Below are positions 1 through 10,942 of a DNA stretch of 64,000 nucleotides, in pieces (the first letter of the stretch is position 1; each line of letters opens with the position of its first letter). The position numbers and the translations under genes are program-made. The DNA comes from Parcubacteria group bacterium LiPW_15 (GTDB lineage: Bacteria; Patescibacteriota; Minisyncoccia; UBA6257; 2-01-FULL-56-20): the NCBI GenBank assembly GCA_007375645.1, contig VMER01000001.1:337576-401575 (forward strand). The letters run 5' to 3'. The notes beneath the pieces were generated by a model. That model made no database searches and was not told where the DNA came from. It saw nothing but the letters and a program-made list of their open reading frames with translations.

Positions 1-247
1 GACCATTAAAGCGACTAGGATATGTTAAGCGATAAGGCTCGGCTTGTCAACTGGTTCCGCTTTCCCGTTTTTGAGGAACGGCGTTCGCTCTCTCCGGCGG
101 ATAGCGCCGCCTGAATCTCACGATAATTTCTCCGCAATAGCGGAGACCCGAGCAAATTATCGCTCCGATGCCTCCTCGTCAAACGGGAAAGCTCCACGGG
201 AGCAGAGAAAAACGCGCGGTACATGGGAATCCGAAGGCCCGAGCAAA

Positions 248-271
248 GAAAAAACCGCCCGGGAGGGCGGC
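248..271 (-). terminator. intrinsic terminator after CDS 278..655
   Basis: hairpin ccgccc-ggga-gggcgg followed by a T-run on the minus strand. Confidence 0.6.
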
Positions 272-277
272 GACCGT

Positions 278-655
278 TCATTTCATGGGAAAGCGAACGT
301 GCAACCTGGTGAACTTTTCTGCCGGAACCTCATCGCACTGCTTTGAGGTATATTCCTCTGTTCTGGTCTTGAATCCCCGCTTGTCCAACAAATCCTTCAC
401 AGAGTAAAGTGCCCGAATGCCTGGGCCGTAATCGTTGCGGCACACGGTGCTGGCCGCAACCCCACCTCTCGCTGCCGCAGCCTCCAGCCGCCATTTAATG
501 TCCTTCAAGAAACCCTCTCTGCAACTGCGAAATTGCTCCACTTCGATTCTTGTATTGCGCTTTCTGTGCGGAACCTTCGCGGTTTTGCGACGCTTACGCT
601 CCTCTCTTACCAATTTTGCCATGGCGCGAAGCGAAGCAATGTCGATTTTGGTCAT
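278..655 (-). CDS. hypothetical K/R-rich small protein
   Basis: 125 aa ORF with RBS AAGGGGGA upstream of ATG and a terminator downstream. Confidence 0.5.
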   Translation of the reverse strand: MTKIDIASLRAMAKLVREERKRRKTAKVPHRKRNTRIEVEQFRSCREGFLKDIKWRLEAAAARGGVAASTVCRNDYGPGIRALYSVKDLLDKRGFKTRTEEYTSKQCDEVPAEKFTRLHVRFPMK

Positions 656-789
656 ACGACTTCCCCCTTCTGTGAATATTCTAAGGAGACTCTATCTCCC
701 GCAATATTCAATGTCAATCCGTTTTTTTATTTTAACCCAAACAAAAACATCCCTCCGCCAGCTGGCGGATCGGAGTGCTTTTTATTCGC

Positions 790-1779
790 TTACGGCAAAC
801 ACTGTTGGTGGATTGCGACAATCGCACCCTCTTCAATATCAAAGTAAGCAATATGGGAATTAGAACCACTATTGAGATCGGAGATCATTGTTGCGGCAGA
901 AATCGGAACGATTGCCATACCACTGGCACTACTACAAACAAATGCAAATGCCTTGGTAGAGCTATTAACCGACACATCTCGCAACTTTGGATTGTCGTTC
1001 AGAAAAAATGGACCTCCCAAATCACTTCCCGGCACCCACCTTGGATTCCTGGCCAGAAAATCCAAGGTTACGGTTTTGCCGTCGGCGGAAACCGCAACCA
1101 CGGCAGCCGGTTGATCCTTATATGTTTCGCCTGGCACAGGGAACTTAAACGTGGAAAGGATCTGGTCGAGAATAACTTTTGATTCCTCGTATGATATCAC
1201 TCCCGGAACAGCGAGAACCCTTGCCCTAACTTCCGGGGTCACATTGTTGGATAAAATTTGTACTTCACTTTTAGTGACAACCAGCGTTTTGCCCCCGGGA
1301 AACGGGAAATAATACGATGTCTGTCCGCAACCCTCAGCCCCCATATAAGACCACACTCCGTTCAGCGCGCCCGAGGAATAATTACCATCCGCCCTATACG
1401 GCGGATTAACCGCGCCGGGGACAACGCTCATGGATACGTTAAAATCGTTCAGTGTTTTCGACAACGCCGAGTCCCCTCTCATATCACAACCGCCGTCGCG
1501 ATTTTCAAATGGAATAGTGTGTGAAAGAATTACCGCTCCGCCCGATACAGACAAAGCCAGTTTTTCCGGATACTCGAAAGAAAAGCCATAAGTGTCATCA
1601 ACGTAAATTTTCCAGCCGGCAATCGGTGTGGATGTCGGAGTCACTGAAAGCCCGTCGAGATTCGGGGCAATCGGCGCCTGACCAGATTGTTTCCCTATAT
1701 AATACGCGCCACCGGCTACCGCCAAAACTCCGATGATTATTAATATGGCTATCGGTGCAAATCCTCCGTTGTTTTTCAT
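790..1779 (-). CDS. hypothetical secreted/membrane-anchored protein (N-terminal TM helix)
   Basis: 329 aa ORF; hydrophobic N-terminus IAILIIIGVLAVAGGAYY. Confidence 0.6.
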   Translation of the reverse strand: MKNNGGFAPIAILIIIGVLAVAGGAYYIGKQSGQAPIAPNLDGLSVTPTSTPIAGWKIYVDDTYGFSFEYPEKLALSVSGGAVILSHTIPFENRDGGCDMRGDSALSKTLNDFNVSMSVVPGAVNPPYRADGNYSSGALNGVWSYMGAEGCGQTSYYFPFPGGKTLVVTKSEVQILSNNVTPEVRARVLAVPGVISYEESKVILDQILSTFKFPVPGETYKDQPAAVVAVSADGKTVTLDFLARNPRWVPGSDLGGPFFLNDNPKLRDVSVNSSTKAFAFVCSSASGMAIVPISAATMISDLNSGSNSHIAYFDIEEGAIVAIHQQCLP

Positions 1780-1807
1780 ATGTTTATTTTAGCGCGTTAG
1801 CCCGAAC

Positions 1808-1837
1808 AAAAACACCCCGATTTCTCGGAGTGTTTTT
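1808..1837 (-). terminator. bidirectional intrinsic terminator downstream of rpsJ
   Basis: caccccga-tttc-tcggagtg hairpin flanked by A-run and T-run. Confidence 0.6.
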
Positions 1838-1850
1838 GTAGGTCGTATTC

Positions 1851-2180
1851 CTAGATTAGCTTGATGTCGACATCCACGCCTGCGGGAAGATTAAGATTCG
1901 AAAGTGATTCTATTATCTTCGCGCTGGGATTCAAGATATCGATAAGACGCTTGTGGACCCGGAGCTCGAACTGCTCTCTGGAGTCCTTATGGACAAAAGT
2001 AGAGCGGTTCACCGTATACTTCTTCATTTCAGTCGGAAGCGGTATCGGCCCGACTATTTGCGCATCGTTCTTCTCGGCAGTCTCAATGATCTGCCGGGTA
2101 GAGTTGTCGATGAGCTTGTGGTCGTAAGCGCGGATGCGCAAGCGAAGCTTCTGGGAAAATTCTTCTTTCTTTTTTGCCAT
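1851..2180 (-). CDS. rpsJ: 30S ribosomal protein S10
   Basis: 109 aa; clear similarity to S10 (RIRxxAxDHxLID...HKRLIDI). Confidence 0.95.
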   Translation of the reverse strand: MAKKKEEFSQKLRLRIRAYDHKLIDNSTRQIIETAEKNDAQIVGPIPLPTEMKKYTVNRSTFVHKDSREQFELRVHKRLIDILNPSAKIIESLSNLNLPAGVDVDIKLI

Positions 2181-2264
2181 TAATTAGGCTGTAATTAACT
2201 ATCGATTTAAGAGCTGCTTGCCCCGTGACCGCCCATCGGGCGGTTTTACGGGGCTTCATTCTTA

Positions 2265-3464
<1,200 letters not shown>

Positions 3465-3516
3465 TCGTTTTTATTAATTTTTTAAACGGGGTGACCTAAA
3501 CCCCGCAGTGTTTCTC

Positions 3517-3544
3517 ATTGTAGCGAAAAGACAACGTATGTCAA
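3517..3544 (-). promoter_or_regulatory. sigma70-like promoter for tuf (-35 TTGACA, 16-17 nt spacer, -10 TACAAT)
   Basis: minus-strand read cccTTGACAtacgttgtcttttcgcTACAATgag about 55 nt upstream of the tuf ATG. Confidence 0.6.
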
Positions 3545-3589
3545 GGGTTTTGCTGGTAAAACCTGCCTTTCGACCCTAAGCTCTACAAA

Positions 3590-5023
3590 TCAAACCCTTA
3601 GGGCCTCGCGGAAATCCTTTACCGCTTGCAAAGGATTATCGAAATACCTGTCTATAAGTCTGGCGGCTAACTCCGGCGTGGTCTTCAATTTCTCGGTTAG
3701 CGCATAAACCGCCGGAAATAATCTCGTGTTTAAAACATTGTCCAAAATCCGCTTCCTAAGCCCCCGCTCCAACTCCTCGCCGATCATCTCTACAGTCGTC
3801 GCCCCAGGCATGGCCAAGTGTGCCAAATTTTCCATAAGCGCATTCATGCGGGCAAAAAGGACCAGCTGATACGGAAGCGGCATCTTGTGCTTTATGAATA
3901 TTTTTATAAACCCGACGAACCAGAAACCAAGACCGGCAAATTCTGTTTGCTCCAGATAATCTTCAACATCTTTCCGGATAAGACCCTTAAAACGCGCGTC
4001 TGCCCGACACATGCGAACTGCCACCTTGATAGATTCTTCCACATTTCCGGCATACACCGCCAAGATAAAATCTTTTGTCTCTTCACAATCCCTGCCTTCA
4101 AAATGCCCCAAAAGACCGTAGTCCAAAAGCGCCAAGCGCCCGTTCGGCAACAAAAGCACATTCGCCGGATGCGGATCACCATGGAAGTAAAAATCCGATT
4201 CGTGCATCCAATCGTAAAGGACCGCATTCATAAATCGTTTCATAGAAGAAACTGCGTCGTACTCCGGATTGTTCTTAATAAGTTCCAGCTTGTTCATCGG
4301 CACGCCATCTATAAAGTCCATAGTGATGACATTATCCGACAAAAATTCCTCATGAATATCCGGAATTACGATCGCGTGGGTATAAGGATTTTTCCCATTT
4401 TGCATCCGCCGCACATATTTTTTCACCGTTCTTAGATTTTCCGCCTCTCTTCTAAAATCGGTCTCCTGGAACATCCAATCCTCTATCTGAGAAACAACTA
4501 CATCCATTCGAATCTGTCGAAGACTGCGAGAAAATATTTTTGTGAGCCTAAGAAGCGATTTGATTATTGCGAGATCCGATTTTATGGTCCGTTGAATATT
4601 GGGCCGGCGGATCTTCACTGCCACATCCTCGCCCGTCGTGAGCTTCGCCCTATAAACCTGAGCGATAGAAGCCGAGGCGATGGGTTGGGTATCAAACTCT
4701 TTAAACAACTCCTCGGGATATTTTTTAAAATCAGCTAAAAATATCGCCCGCACAGTTTCTTCGGAGATGGGCGGAACCTTGTCTAGAAGGCCGGCCAACT
4801 CCGCAGAATCTTCTTTGGAAATTAACTCGTAGCGGGTACTGAGCAATTGTCCGAACTTTATAAACACCGGCCCCAATTCCTCGCAGGCCAGGCGGATGCG
4901 CCTCCCTAAAATAGCTTTGCGGTTGCCGGTGAATTTGTACCAAACAAAATATTTGCCGCAAACCAAAAGCACCCTTGGAATGCGCAAAGTTGTTCCTTGT
5001 TCTCTAGCGACGCGGTTTGTCAT
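3590..5023 (-). CDS. ABC1/UbiB-family (ADCK-like) atypical protein kinase
   Basis: 477 aa; FIKFGQLLSTR, ASIAQVYRA, FHGDPHPANVLL motifs typical of the ABC1 kinase family. Confidence 0.85.
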   Translation of the reverse strand: MTNRVAREQGTTLRIPRVLLVCGKYFVWYKFTGNRKAILGRRIRLACEELGPVFIKFGQLLSTRYELISKEDSAELAGLLDKVPPISEETVRAIFLADFKKYPEELFKEFDTQPIASASIAQVYRAKLTTGEDVAVKIRRPNIQRTIKSDLAIIKSLLRLTKIFSRSLRQIRMDVVVSQIEDWMFQETDFRREAENLRTVKKYVRRMQNGKNPYTHAIVIPDIHEEFLSDNVITMDFIDGVPMNKLELIKNNPEYDAVSSMKRFMNAVLYDWMHESDFYFHGDPHPANVLLLPNGRLALLDYGLLGHFEGRDCEETKDFILAVYAGNVEESIKVAVRMCRADARFKGLIRKDVEDYLEQTEFAGLGFWFVGFIKIFIKHKMPLPYQLVLFARMNALMENLAHLAMPGATTVEMIGEELERGLRKRILDNVLNTRLFPAVYALTEKLKTTPELAARLIDRYFDNPLQAVKDFREALRV

Positions 5024-5038
5024 ATCTCGACTGTTTTG

Positions 5039-5377
5039 TTATTTACAGTCTGCGCAAAAATAATATTTTTTACCAGCCTTGTTCTCGCCGACCACCCCAA
5101 CCGTGCCCTTGGAAATTGTTTTCCCGCAAGAAGCGCATTCCATATCCTGAGCGAACTGGGCCCGGTGGAAACTCACAATATCTTCGAATTTATTTTTTTT
5201 ATCCCCCGCGCCGAATATCTCCCGCGAAAGATCATGGATTATCTCCACGCTGTCCTCTATCGCCTTGCGAGCCAAATTGGAAACGCTCTCTCGGTTCTCC
5301 TTGGCTTTCTGCTTCATCTTTTCGTAGGTTTTCCGGGAAACCCGAAAATTAATGATGTAGTCCTTGTTTTCGTCCAT
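5039..5377 (-). CDS. small ribbon-helix-helix (CopG-like) protein with C-terminal CxxC...CxxC zinc ribbon
   Basis: 112 aa; N-terminus INFRVSRKTYEKMKQKAKE..SVSNLARKAIED (RHH-like); C-terminus CASCGK...FCADCK. Confidence 0.6.
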   Translation of the reverse strand: MDENKDYIINFRVSRKTYEKMKQKAKENRESVSNLARKAIEDSVEIIHDLSREIFGAGDKKNKFEDIVSFHRAQFAQDMECASCGKTISKGTVGVVGENKAGKKYYFCADCK

Positions 5378-5506
5378 CGCTTTTAAAATGGTTTATATTA
5401 ACCGACACTTACATTGTATTACAACGTATATCCCGGTCAAGCCGCTGCGGAACTCCTCCCCTAAAAGAAAATAAACTGTGCTTTAAAAACCAAGTTCGGA
5501 AATAAA

Positions 5507-6279
5507 TTACACTCTTACAATCTTACAGTTATTGAAGGCGTGTAAAATGTCGTTTTTTATAAGTTCGAATGTTTCTGCCCCCACCCCATCGCTTGCAGTA
5601 ACGCCATTTCCATACAACACCACTTTCACATTTTTACCTACATCGAAGATCGCGATGTATCCCCTTAATCTCAAAGTCTCATAAGACTTCCCCTTATTTT
5701 GAGGCCTTAGCATCTTACCGAATAAATTTAGGGATGGATTATAAGCGTTGAATACATAAGACATGACAACCGCCGAAAGTTTCAGCCAGATGCGACTGAA
5801 GCCATCTCCGACATCGCTATGAGTCAGGCATCCTCCTTTGTAGAGGGTTCCGGAATATTGGCCAAGTTTGATAGAGCCTATTTTTTGGAACCTTGTTCGG
5901 TCATCTCGCAAAAAGAATGCGGATCGCCGTATCGCCTCAACCAACCTTCCTGATCCGCAACCGCAAGATTAAAATGATCATGTAAATTCCACGCTTGTCC
6001 CTCCTCCAATTTGACCGTATATCCGCCAAGCCAAGATTGGTACTGTGGCTTTTCGGAAACAAACCGGGAAGAGACACCGTTTTCAACCCTCCCAACCGTA
6101 AAATAATTTGCTCCTTTGGAAATTTTAAGTCCGAATTTCTGCCAGGTTCGTGTCATCTCGCACCCCATAATTCCATCGATCCAAAGGTCGGGAATTTCCG
6201 TAAAAACAAGCTTGTAGCCGATCTCGCTTTCGGCTTGTTTTAATTTATTCAGAATTATTAGGTCAGAAATGAATTTCAC
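5507..6279 (-). pseudogene. hypothetical protein gene split into two ORFs (5878..6279 and 5507..5944) by a frameshift at an A6 run (plus-strand T6 at 5881..5886)
   Basis: the two overlapping ORF frames join exactly at CCAAAAAATAGG; A7 instead of A6 gives one continuous protein of about 257 aa. Confidence 0.5.
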
Positions 6280-7010
6280 GTTTTTGCCAGCAAAACCTGG
6301 GTGGCTTCCATGGGTTGCAATTTCTCCGGCTTGCCAACCATAAATTCGTCAAAAGCTTTCCAAACGCCTTCGCATTGCCCGTAATCATGGGAAAGAATTC
6401 TGCCGCCGGGCAGCATCCTCGGATAGAAAAATTCCAGGGCTTTTTTTGTAACGCTATAAAGATCCACGTCCAAATGGACAAAAGAAAATTTCAGATCTTT
6501 AACAGCCTCCCCTGTTTCAGGGAACAATCCCGGATATATTTGAATAGCCGGATACCTAGAAAGCCTGGCTCTAACTTCTTTTTCGCCAGCGAGAAACATT
6601 CCTTTCTTGAATCTTCCGTCCCGCCCACTAACCTCATCCGGCAACCCTTCGAAAGTGTCAAAAAGATGGAGCGGGGTTTTATTTTTCACCTCGCAAATCA
6701 CTTTTGCAGAGGCCCCGCGGAATACACCGACTTCGGCAAATGCGCCGCCGTGATCGGCCATAATGCGAGCCTGCTCCCAAATGTTAAGAAGTTCGCCCGG
6801 GCTGAACAACACCGGCTTTCTGCCGGTGAAAAAACTGCCGATCATTGACCCCTCTTCCTCGCGATAAATTTCGGATACAAGATCAAACGCCTTCTTTTCA
6901 AGCGGATTGCGTTTGTAATATTTTAGTTTACCAAGCTCAACGCGCGACATGATGCGCTTTAAAAACATTCCCCAGCGAGTATTTGAAATTTGATTATCGA
7001 TTCCCGGCAT
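6276..7010 (-). CDS. class I SAM-dependent O-methyltransferase, TylF/MycF-like family
   Basis: 244 aa; GAFAEVGVFRGASAKVI, LHLFDTFEGLP, FVHLDVDLY...LPGGRILSHDY; 4-nt ATGA overlap with the downstream ORF. Confidence 0.8.
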   Translation of the reverse strand: MPGIDNQISNTRWGMFLKRIMSRVELGKLKYYKRNPLEKKAFDLVSEIYREEEGSMIGSFFTGRKPVLFSPGELLNIWEQARIMADHGGAFAEVGVFRGASAKVICEVKNKTPLHLFDTFEGLPDEVSGRDGRFKKGMFLAGEKEVRARLSRYPAIQIYPGLFPETGEAVKDLKFSFVHLDVDLYSVTKKALEFFYPRMLPGGRILSHDYGQCEGVWKAFDEFMVGKPEKLQPMEATQVLLAKT

Positions 7011-7017
7011 TATTGTT

Positions 7018-7052
7018 ATTTATAAGCAAAGAACACTGTAGCGACCGCAAAA
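7018..7052 (-). promoter_or_regulatory. putative promoter with extended -10 (TGcTTATAAAT) ending about 7 nt before the methyltransferase ATG (leaderless transcript suspected)
   Basis: minus-strand read TTTTGC-17nt-TGCTTATAAAT-aacaata-ATG. Confidence 0.35.
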
Positions 7053-7138
7053 ATCAGAGCAACAGAGAAATTTCATATCTTCGTCTAAAAATTATCTACT
7101 ATCCGTTGGCAGACGTAAAGATAAAAAATGGCCCGCCG

Positions 7139-7170
7139 CCTACATGGCATTGGGCCCGAACGAAAGAACG
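7139..7170 (-). terminator. intrinsic terminator after small CDS 7179..7475
   Basis: GGCCC...GGGCC hairpin followed by ATTTTTTAT on the minus strand. Confidence 0.45.
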
Positions 7171-7178
7171 TGCTACCG

Positions 7179-7475
7179 CTACCGCTTTTGCTTGTCCGAG
7201 ACCGGCGCCGGCTGAGAAACGCCAGTGGGATCCAGCCTCCTCAGAAGCTCAGCCTCCAGAATGCCCCTTAGCACCCCCTGCGGGGCATGCTGACACGCCG
7301 AAGCGAAATCAGCTACCAACTCCCGACCGGACATAGTTTCCGGAACTGCAAAATCACGACCCATATACCCTCCAATCTTTTCACATCCGTCCTTTGGATG
7401 TGACCGAAATATAACAACCTCGGAAATGTCCGTCAAACAAAAATCCCGCCTATCCATAGATGGGCGGGATTCCAT
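7179..7475 (-). CDS. hypothetical small protein (GC-rich 3' half)
   Basis: 98 aa ORF; RBS AAGGGG 8 nt upstream; own terminator. Confidence 0.35.
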   Translation of the reverse strand: MESRPSMDRRDFCLTDISEVVIFRSHPKDGCEKIGGYMGRDFAVPETMSGRELVADFASACQHAPQGVLRGILEAELLRRLDPTGVSQPAPVSDKQKR

Positions 7476-7500
7476 TGTTTATCCCCTTGATCGCTACTTT

Positions 7501-9606
7501 TTACTTTCTCTTTCCGGAAACTATCTCAGCCTCAATATTTTTCGGAACGGGCTCGAAATGGTCGAATTCCATCGTGAACGAACCTCTCCCCTGAGACATG
7601 GAACGGATCTCCGTCGCGTAACCGAACATTTCGGAAAGCGGGATCTTCGCGTCCACGATCTTGATGGTTCCCCTGTCGCTAAGTTGTTCGATCTTTCCGC
7701 GCTTCGCGTTTACGTTGCCGGTCACTTCTCCCATGAAATCCATCGGCACAAGAATCTGTACTTTCATGATCGGTTCCAAGATAACGGCCTTCGCGCGCTT
7801 AGTAGCTTCCTGGAGCGCCATGGAAGCGGCCATTTTGAAAGCGGCTTCGGAAGAGTCCACTTCGTGGTAAGAACCGTCGAAGAGGGTGACTTCCACGTCT
7901 ATCATCGGATAGTGAGCGACAACTCCGCGGTCCAATGCTTCTTTAACTCCTTTTTCGATAGGCGAAATAAATTCCTGAGGAATAACGCCTCCTTTGATGG
8001 CGTTGATAAATTCAAAACCTTTGCCGCGCTCAAGCGGTTTGACCGAAAGCCAACAGTGTCCGTACTGACCGCGTCCGCCGGACTGGCGGATATATTTTCC
8101 TTCCGCCTCCGCTTCTCCCAAAATTGTTTCCTTGTAGGCAACCTGCGGACGGCCGACATTCGCATCCACGCCGAATTCACGCTTCATGCGGTCCACGATA
8201 ATTTCCAAGTGTAATTCACCCATACCGGAGATGATGGTCTCTCCCGTGTCGGGATCTCCATGAACTTTAAAGGTCGGATCCTCTTCGGCCAAGCGGCGCA
8301 AAGCATTACCCATTTTTTCCTGGTCAACTTTGGTCTTCGGCTCAATTCTGATTCCGATGACCGGTTCCGGAAAGCTGATGGATTCCAAAACTACCTGATT
8401 CTCGGGATCAGTGATGGTGTCCCCGGTCGTGGTGTCTTTAAGGCCGACGATAGCAGCGATTTCTCCGGCATAAACTTCGTCCACTTCTTCGCGGTCATTG
8501 GCGTGCATACGAACAATACGTCCGACACGTTCCTGAACGCCCTTGGTGGTGTTCATAATATAAGAACCTTTTTTCAAAACTCCGGCATAAACCCTGAAAT
8601 ACGCGAGAGAACCGATGTAAGGATCGGCGGCAATCTTGAAAGCCAAACCGGTAAACGGTTCAGCGTCGGATGCCGCTCTAAATATTTCTTCCCCAGTCGA
8701 AACGTTATGCCCCTTAGTCGGCGGAATATCCAGCGGAGACGGGAGGTAATCCACAACCGCGTCCAACATAAACTGAACGCCTTTATTTTTTAAAGCTGTT
8801 CCGCAAAGAACCGGAACAATTTTGTTCTCAATCGTGGCCTTCCTCAACGCGTGCTTCAGCTCAGCCAAGGTGACTTCTTTGCCTTCCAAATATTTAGCCA
8901 TCAAGGCATCTTCCGTATCTACAATTTTCTCAACGGCATCGTGGCGATATTTTTCTACCTCGGACTTCATATTTTCCGGAATCGGAATCTCGATAACTTT
9001 CTCGCCGCGTTCACCCTGGAACTCGTAAGCTTTGTTAGCCAAGAGATCCACAAGACCGCTCACATCGGACTCGGAACCTATCGGAAGCTGTATGGGAACA
9101 GCCGTCTTAGTCAGGCGTTCGTGTATGGAAGCGAGGCTCTTCAAAAAACTCGCGCCCATTCTGTCGAGCTTGTTGATAAAGCAAACGCGCGGAACTTTAT
9201 AGTCGTCGGCGTAATGCCAGTTGGTTTCGGATTGCGGTTCCACGCCGGAAACTCCGTCGAAGACCACAACCGCGCCGTCCAAAACGCGCAAAGACCGCTT
9301 TACCTCAACGGTAAAGTCGATGTGGCCGGGAGTGTCGATAAGGTTGATGCGATGTTCAAAATTTTTGTCTCCTTTCGCGTAGGTCGGGGTCCAGAAAGCG
9401 GTCGTCGCAGCGGAAGTAATAGTGATGCCGCGCTCTCTCTCCTGTTCCATCCAGTCCATAACCGTGGTTCCCTCGTGCACTTCTCCGATCTTGTGGGAAA
9501 CGCCGGTATAAAAAAGCACGCGCTCGGAAACGGTCGTCTTTCCGGCATCAATATGCGCGATAATCCCAATATTCCTGACTTTTTCGATAGGATATTGTCG
9601 GGGCAT
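7501..9606 (-). CDS. fusA: elongation factor G
   Basis: 701 aa; [17 protein letters not shown] and EF-G domain IV/V signatures. Confidence 0.97.
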   Translation of the reverse strand: MPRQYPIEKVRNIGIIAHIDAGKTTVSERVLFYTGVSHKIGEVHEGTTVMDWMEQERERGITITSAATTAFWTPTYAKGDKNFEHRINLIDTPGHIDFTVEVKRSLRVLDGAVVVFDGVSGVEPQSETNWHYADDYKVPRVCFINKLDRMGASFLKSLASIHERLTKTAVPIQLPIGSESDVSGLVDLLANKAYEFQGERGEKVIEIPIPENMKSEVEKYRHDAVEKIVDTEDALMAKYLEGKEVTLAELKHALRKATIENKIVPVLCGTALKNKGVQFMLDAVVDYLPSPLDIPPTKGHNVSTGEEIFRAASDAEPFTGLAFKIAADPYIGSLAYFRVYAGVLKKGSYIMNTTKGVQERVGRIVRMHANDREEVDEVYAGEIAAIVGLKDTTTGDTITDPENQVVLESISFPEPVIGIRIEPKTKVDQEKMGNALRRLAEEDPTFKVHGDPDTGETIISGMGELHLEIIVDRMKREFGVDANVGRPQVAYKETILGEAEAEGKYIRQSGGRGQYGHCWLSVKPLERGKGFEFINAIKGGVIPQEFISPIEKGVKEALDRGVVAHYPMIDVEVTLFDGSYHEVDSSEAAFKMAASMALQEATKRAKAVILEPIMKVQILVPMDFMGEVTGNVNAKRGKIEQLSDRGTIKIVDAKIPLSEMFGYATEIRSMSQGRGSFTMEFDHFEPVPKNIEAEIVSGKRK

Positions 9607-9611
9607 GGCAG

Positions 9612-10079
9612 TTAGCGAGCAAAGTGGGCGAAAGCGCGGTTCGCTTCGGCCATCCTGTGGGTGTCTTGTTTCTTCTTGATAGCGGTGCCTTCGTTTTTGG
9701 AGGCGGCGATTATTTCGTTCGCGAGCTTCTCGGCTATCGGCTTACCCTTTCCGGAACGGGCGGCATCAACCATCCAACGCAAAGCCAAAATGAATTTACG
9801 GGAAGGAGTAACTTCGCGAGGAACCTGGTAGTTCGCGCCACCAACGCGGCGGGAGGCGACTTCTAATATAGGAGAGGCGTTCTCCACGGCTCTTTCAAAA
9901 ACAACTATCGGCTCTTCCTTGGTTATTTCTTTGATTATCGCGAAAGCGTCATAAACATCGCGCTCGGCAACGGATTTCTTTCCGTCACGCATTATATAGT
10001 TAATAAGCCGGCTCACGTCTATGCGGCCATGAACTGTGTCTCCTTTATAGTGCTTCTTGTAAACTCTCTTTTTGCGCAT
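9612..10079 (-). CDS. rpsG: 30S ribosomal protein S7
   Basis: 155 aa; S7 family similarity ([23 protein letters not shown]-like). Confidence 0.95.
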   Translation of the reverse strand: MRKKRVYKKHYKGDTVHGRIDVSRLINYIMRDGKKSVAERDVYDAFAIIKEITKEEPIVVFERAVENASPILEVASRRVGGANYQVPREVTPSRKFILALRWMVDAARSGKGKPIAEKLANEIIAASKNEGTAIKKKQDTHRMAEANRAFAHFAR

Positions 10080-10109
10080 TTAATTAAAAATTAGTTATTG
10101 GAAGTTATT

Positions 10110-10535
10110 CTACTTCTTCGCTCCTCCCTTGGCTCTTTTAGCTCCGTACTTGGAGCGCTGTTGCTTTCTTCCTTCCACGCCGGAAGTATCCAAGACTCCG
10201 CGCACAACATGGTAGCGGACACCCGGAAGATCTTTTACGCGGCCTCCGCGAATAACAACGATGGAGTGCTCCTGGAGGTTGTGGCCCTCTCCTCCGATGT
10301 AGGCAGTAGTTTCCATGCCGTTAGTCAAACGAACGCGGCAAACTTTACGCAAAGCGGAGTTCGGTTTCTTCGGAGTGGTGGTGAAAACTTTAAGACATAC
10401 TCCCCTCTTAAATGGAGACGGGGAATTCACGGGCTTATTTTTGAGGTGGTTAAAATAATACGAAAAAGCCGGAGACTTGGTCTTCGTCTTTAGAACTTTC
10501 CTTCCGCGTTTTACGAGCTGATGGATTGTAGGCAT
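10110..10535 (-). CDS. rpsL: 30S ribosomal protein S12
   Basis: 141 aa; [12 protein letters not shown]...[11 protein letters not shown] signature. Confidence 0.95.
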   Translation of the reverse strand: MPTIHQLVKRGRKVLKTKTKSPAFSYYFNHLKNKPVNSPSPFKRGVCLKVFTTTPKKPNSALRKVCRVRLTNGMETTAYIGGEGHNLQEHSIVVIRGGRVKDLPGVRYHVVRGVLDTSGVEGRKQQRSKYGAKRAKGGAKK

Positions 10536-10582
10536 GAAAATATCTCTCTAAGGCAAGAGTACTTAGAATAATATCTTGAACG

Positions 10583-10611
10583 ATTTTAAGCAATAGCAGG
10601 CTCAAAGTCAA
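10583..10611 (-). promoter_or_regulatory. putative str-operon promoter (-35 TTGACT, 17 nt spacer, -10 TAAAAT)
   Basis: minus-strand read tccTTGACTttgagcctgctattgctTAAAATcg, about 50 nt upstream of rpsL. Confidence 0.5.
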
Positions 10612-10618
10612 GGATTAC

Positions 10619-10755
10619 GCTCTCTCGTTTTCGGGGACCGGCGTTCAATTTGCTCCTGCGGCAAATTGCCGCCTGTATCTCGGCATTTTGACCCCACCTA
10701 AGACGGGGTTCCTAGCTCAAAATGCCTCCGATAACTCCCCGCGAAACGAGAGAGC
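10619..10755. ncRNA. unassigned structured element (about 137 nt multi-stem fold closed by an 18 bp stem)
   Basis: stem P1 gctctctcgttttcgggg/ccccgcgaaacgagagagc; internal hairpins gcggc-aaatt-gccgc and ggcattttg[acccc..ggggt]caaaatgcc. Confidence 0.35.
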
Positions 10756-10879
10756 TCCATTCGGGTGAAGGGGAAAAAGCACGAAATAGCCTCCTTGGTG
10801 GACGAACATGCCCGAGCTAATCAGGTCGCTACATTTGGGAAGAAAGGGAGATGGCGAGGAATAGCCTCCATTAATTTAG

Positions 10880-10935
10880 AAAAAAAGCCCCCGCTGCCTC
10901 GTCTCGCTAAAGTTCTGCGAAGCGGGTCGGCGGGG
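10880..10935 (-). terminator. intrinsic terminator (long imperfect GC hairpin plus T-run) after CDS 10943..11542
   Basis: ccccgccgacccgc...gcagcggggg followed by cttttttt on the minus strand. Confidence 0.5.
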
Positions 10936-10942
10936 TACAAGA

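Noticed and set aside
1-245. Possible tmRNA, SRP RNA or RNase P RNA in the first 245 nt (several small hairpins; ORF 15..281 looks non-coding)
   Set aside because: Could not find the diagnostic motifs (tag peptide ..ALAA, tRNA-like CCA end, SRP domain IV AGGUCAGG..GGAAG..GCAGC, or RNase P GGAAAGUCCGG); left unannotated.
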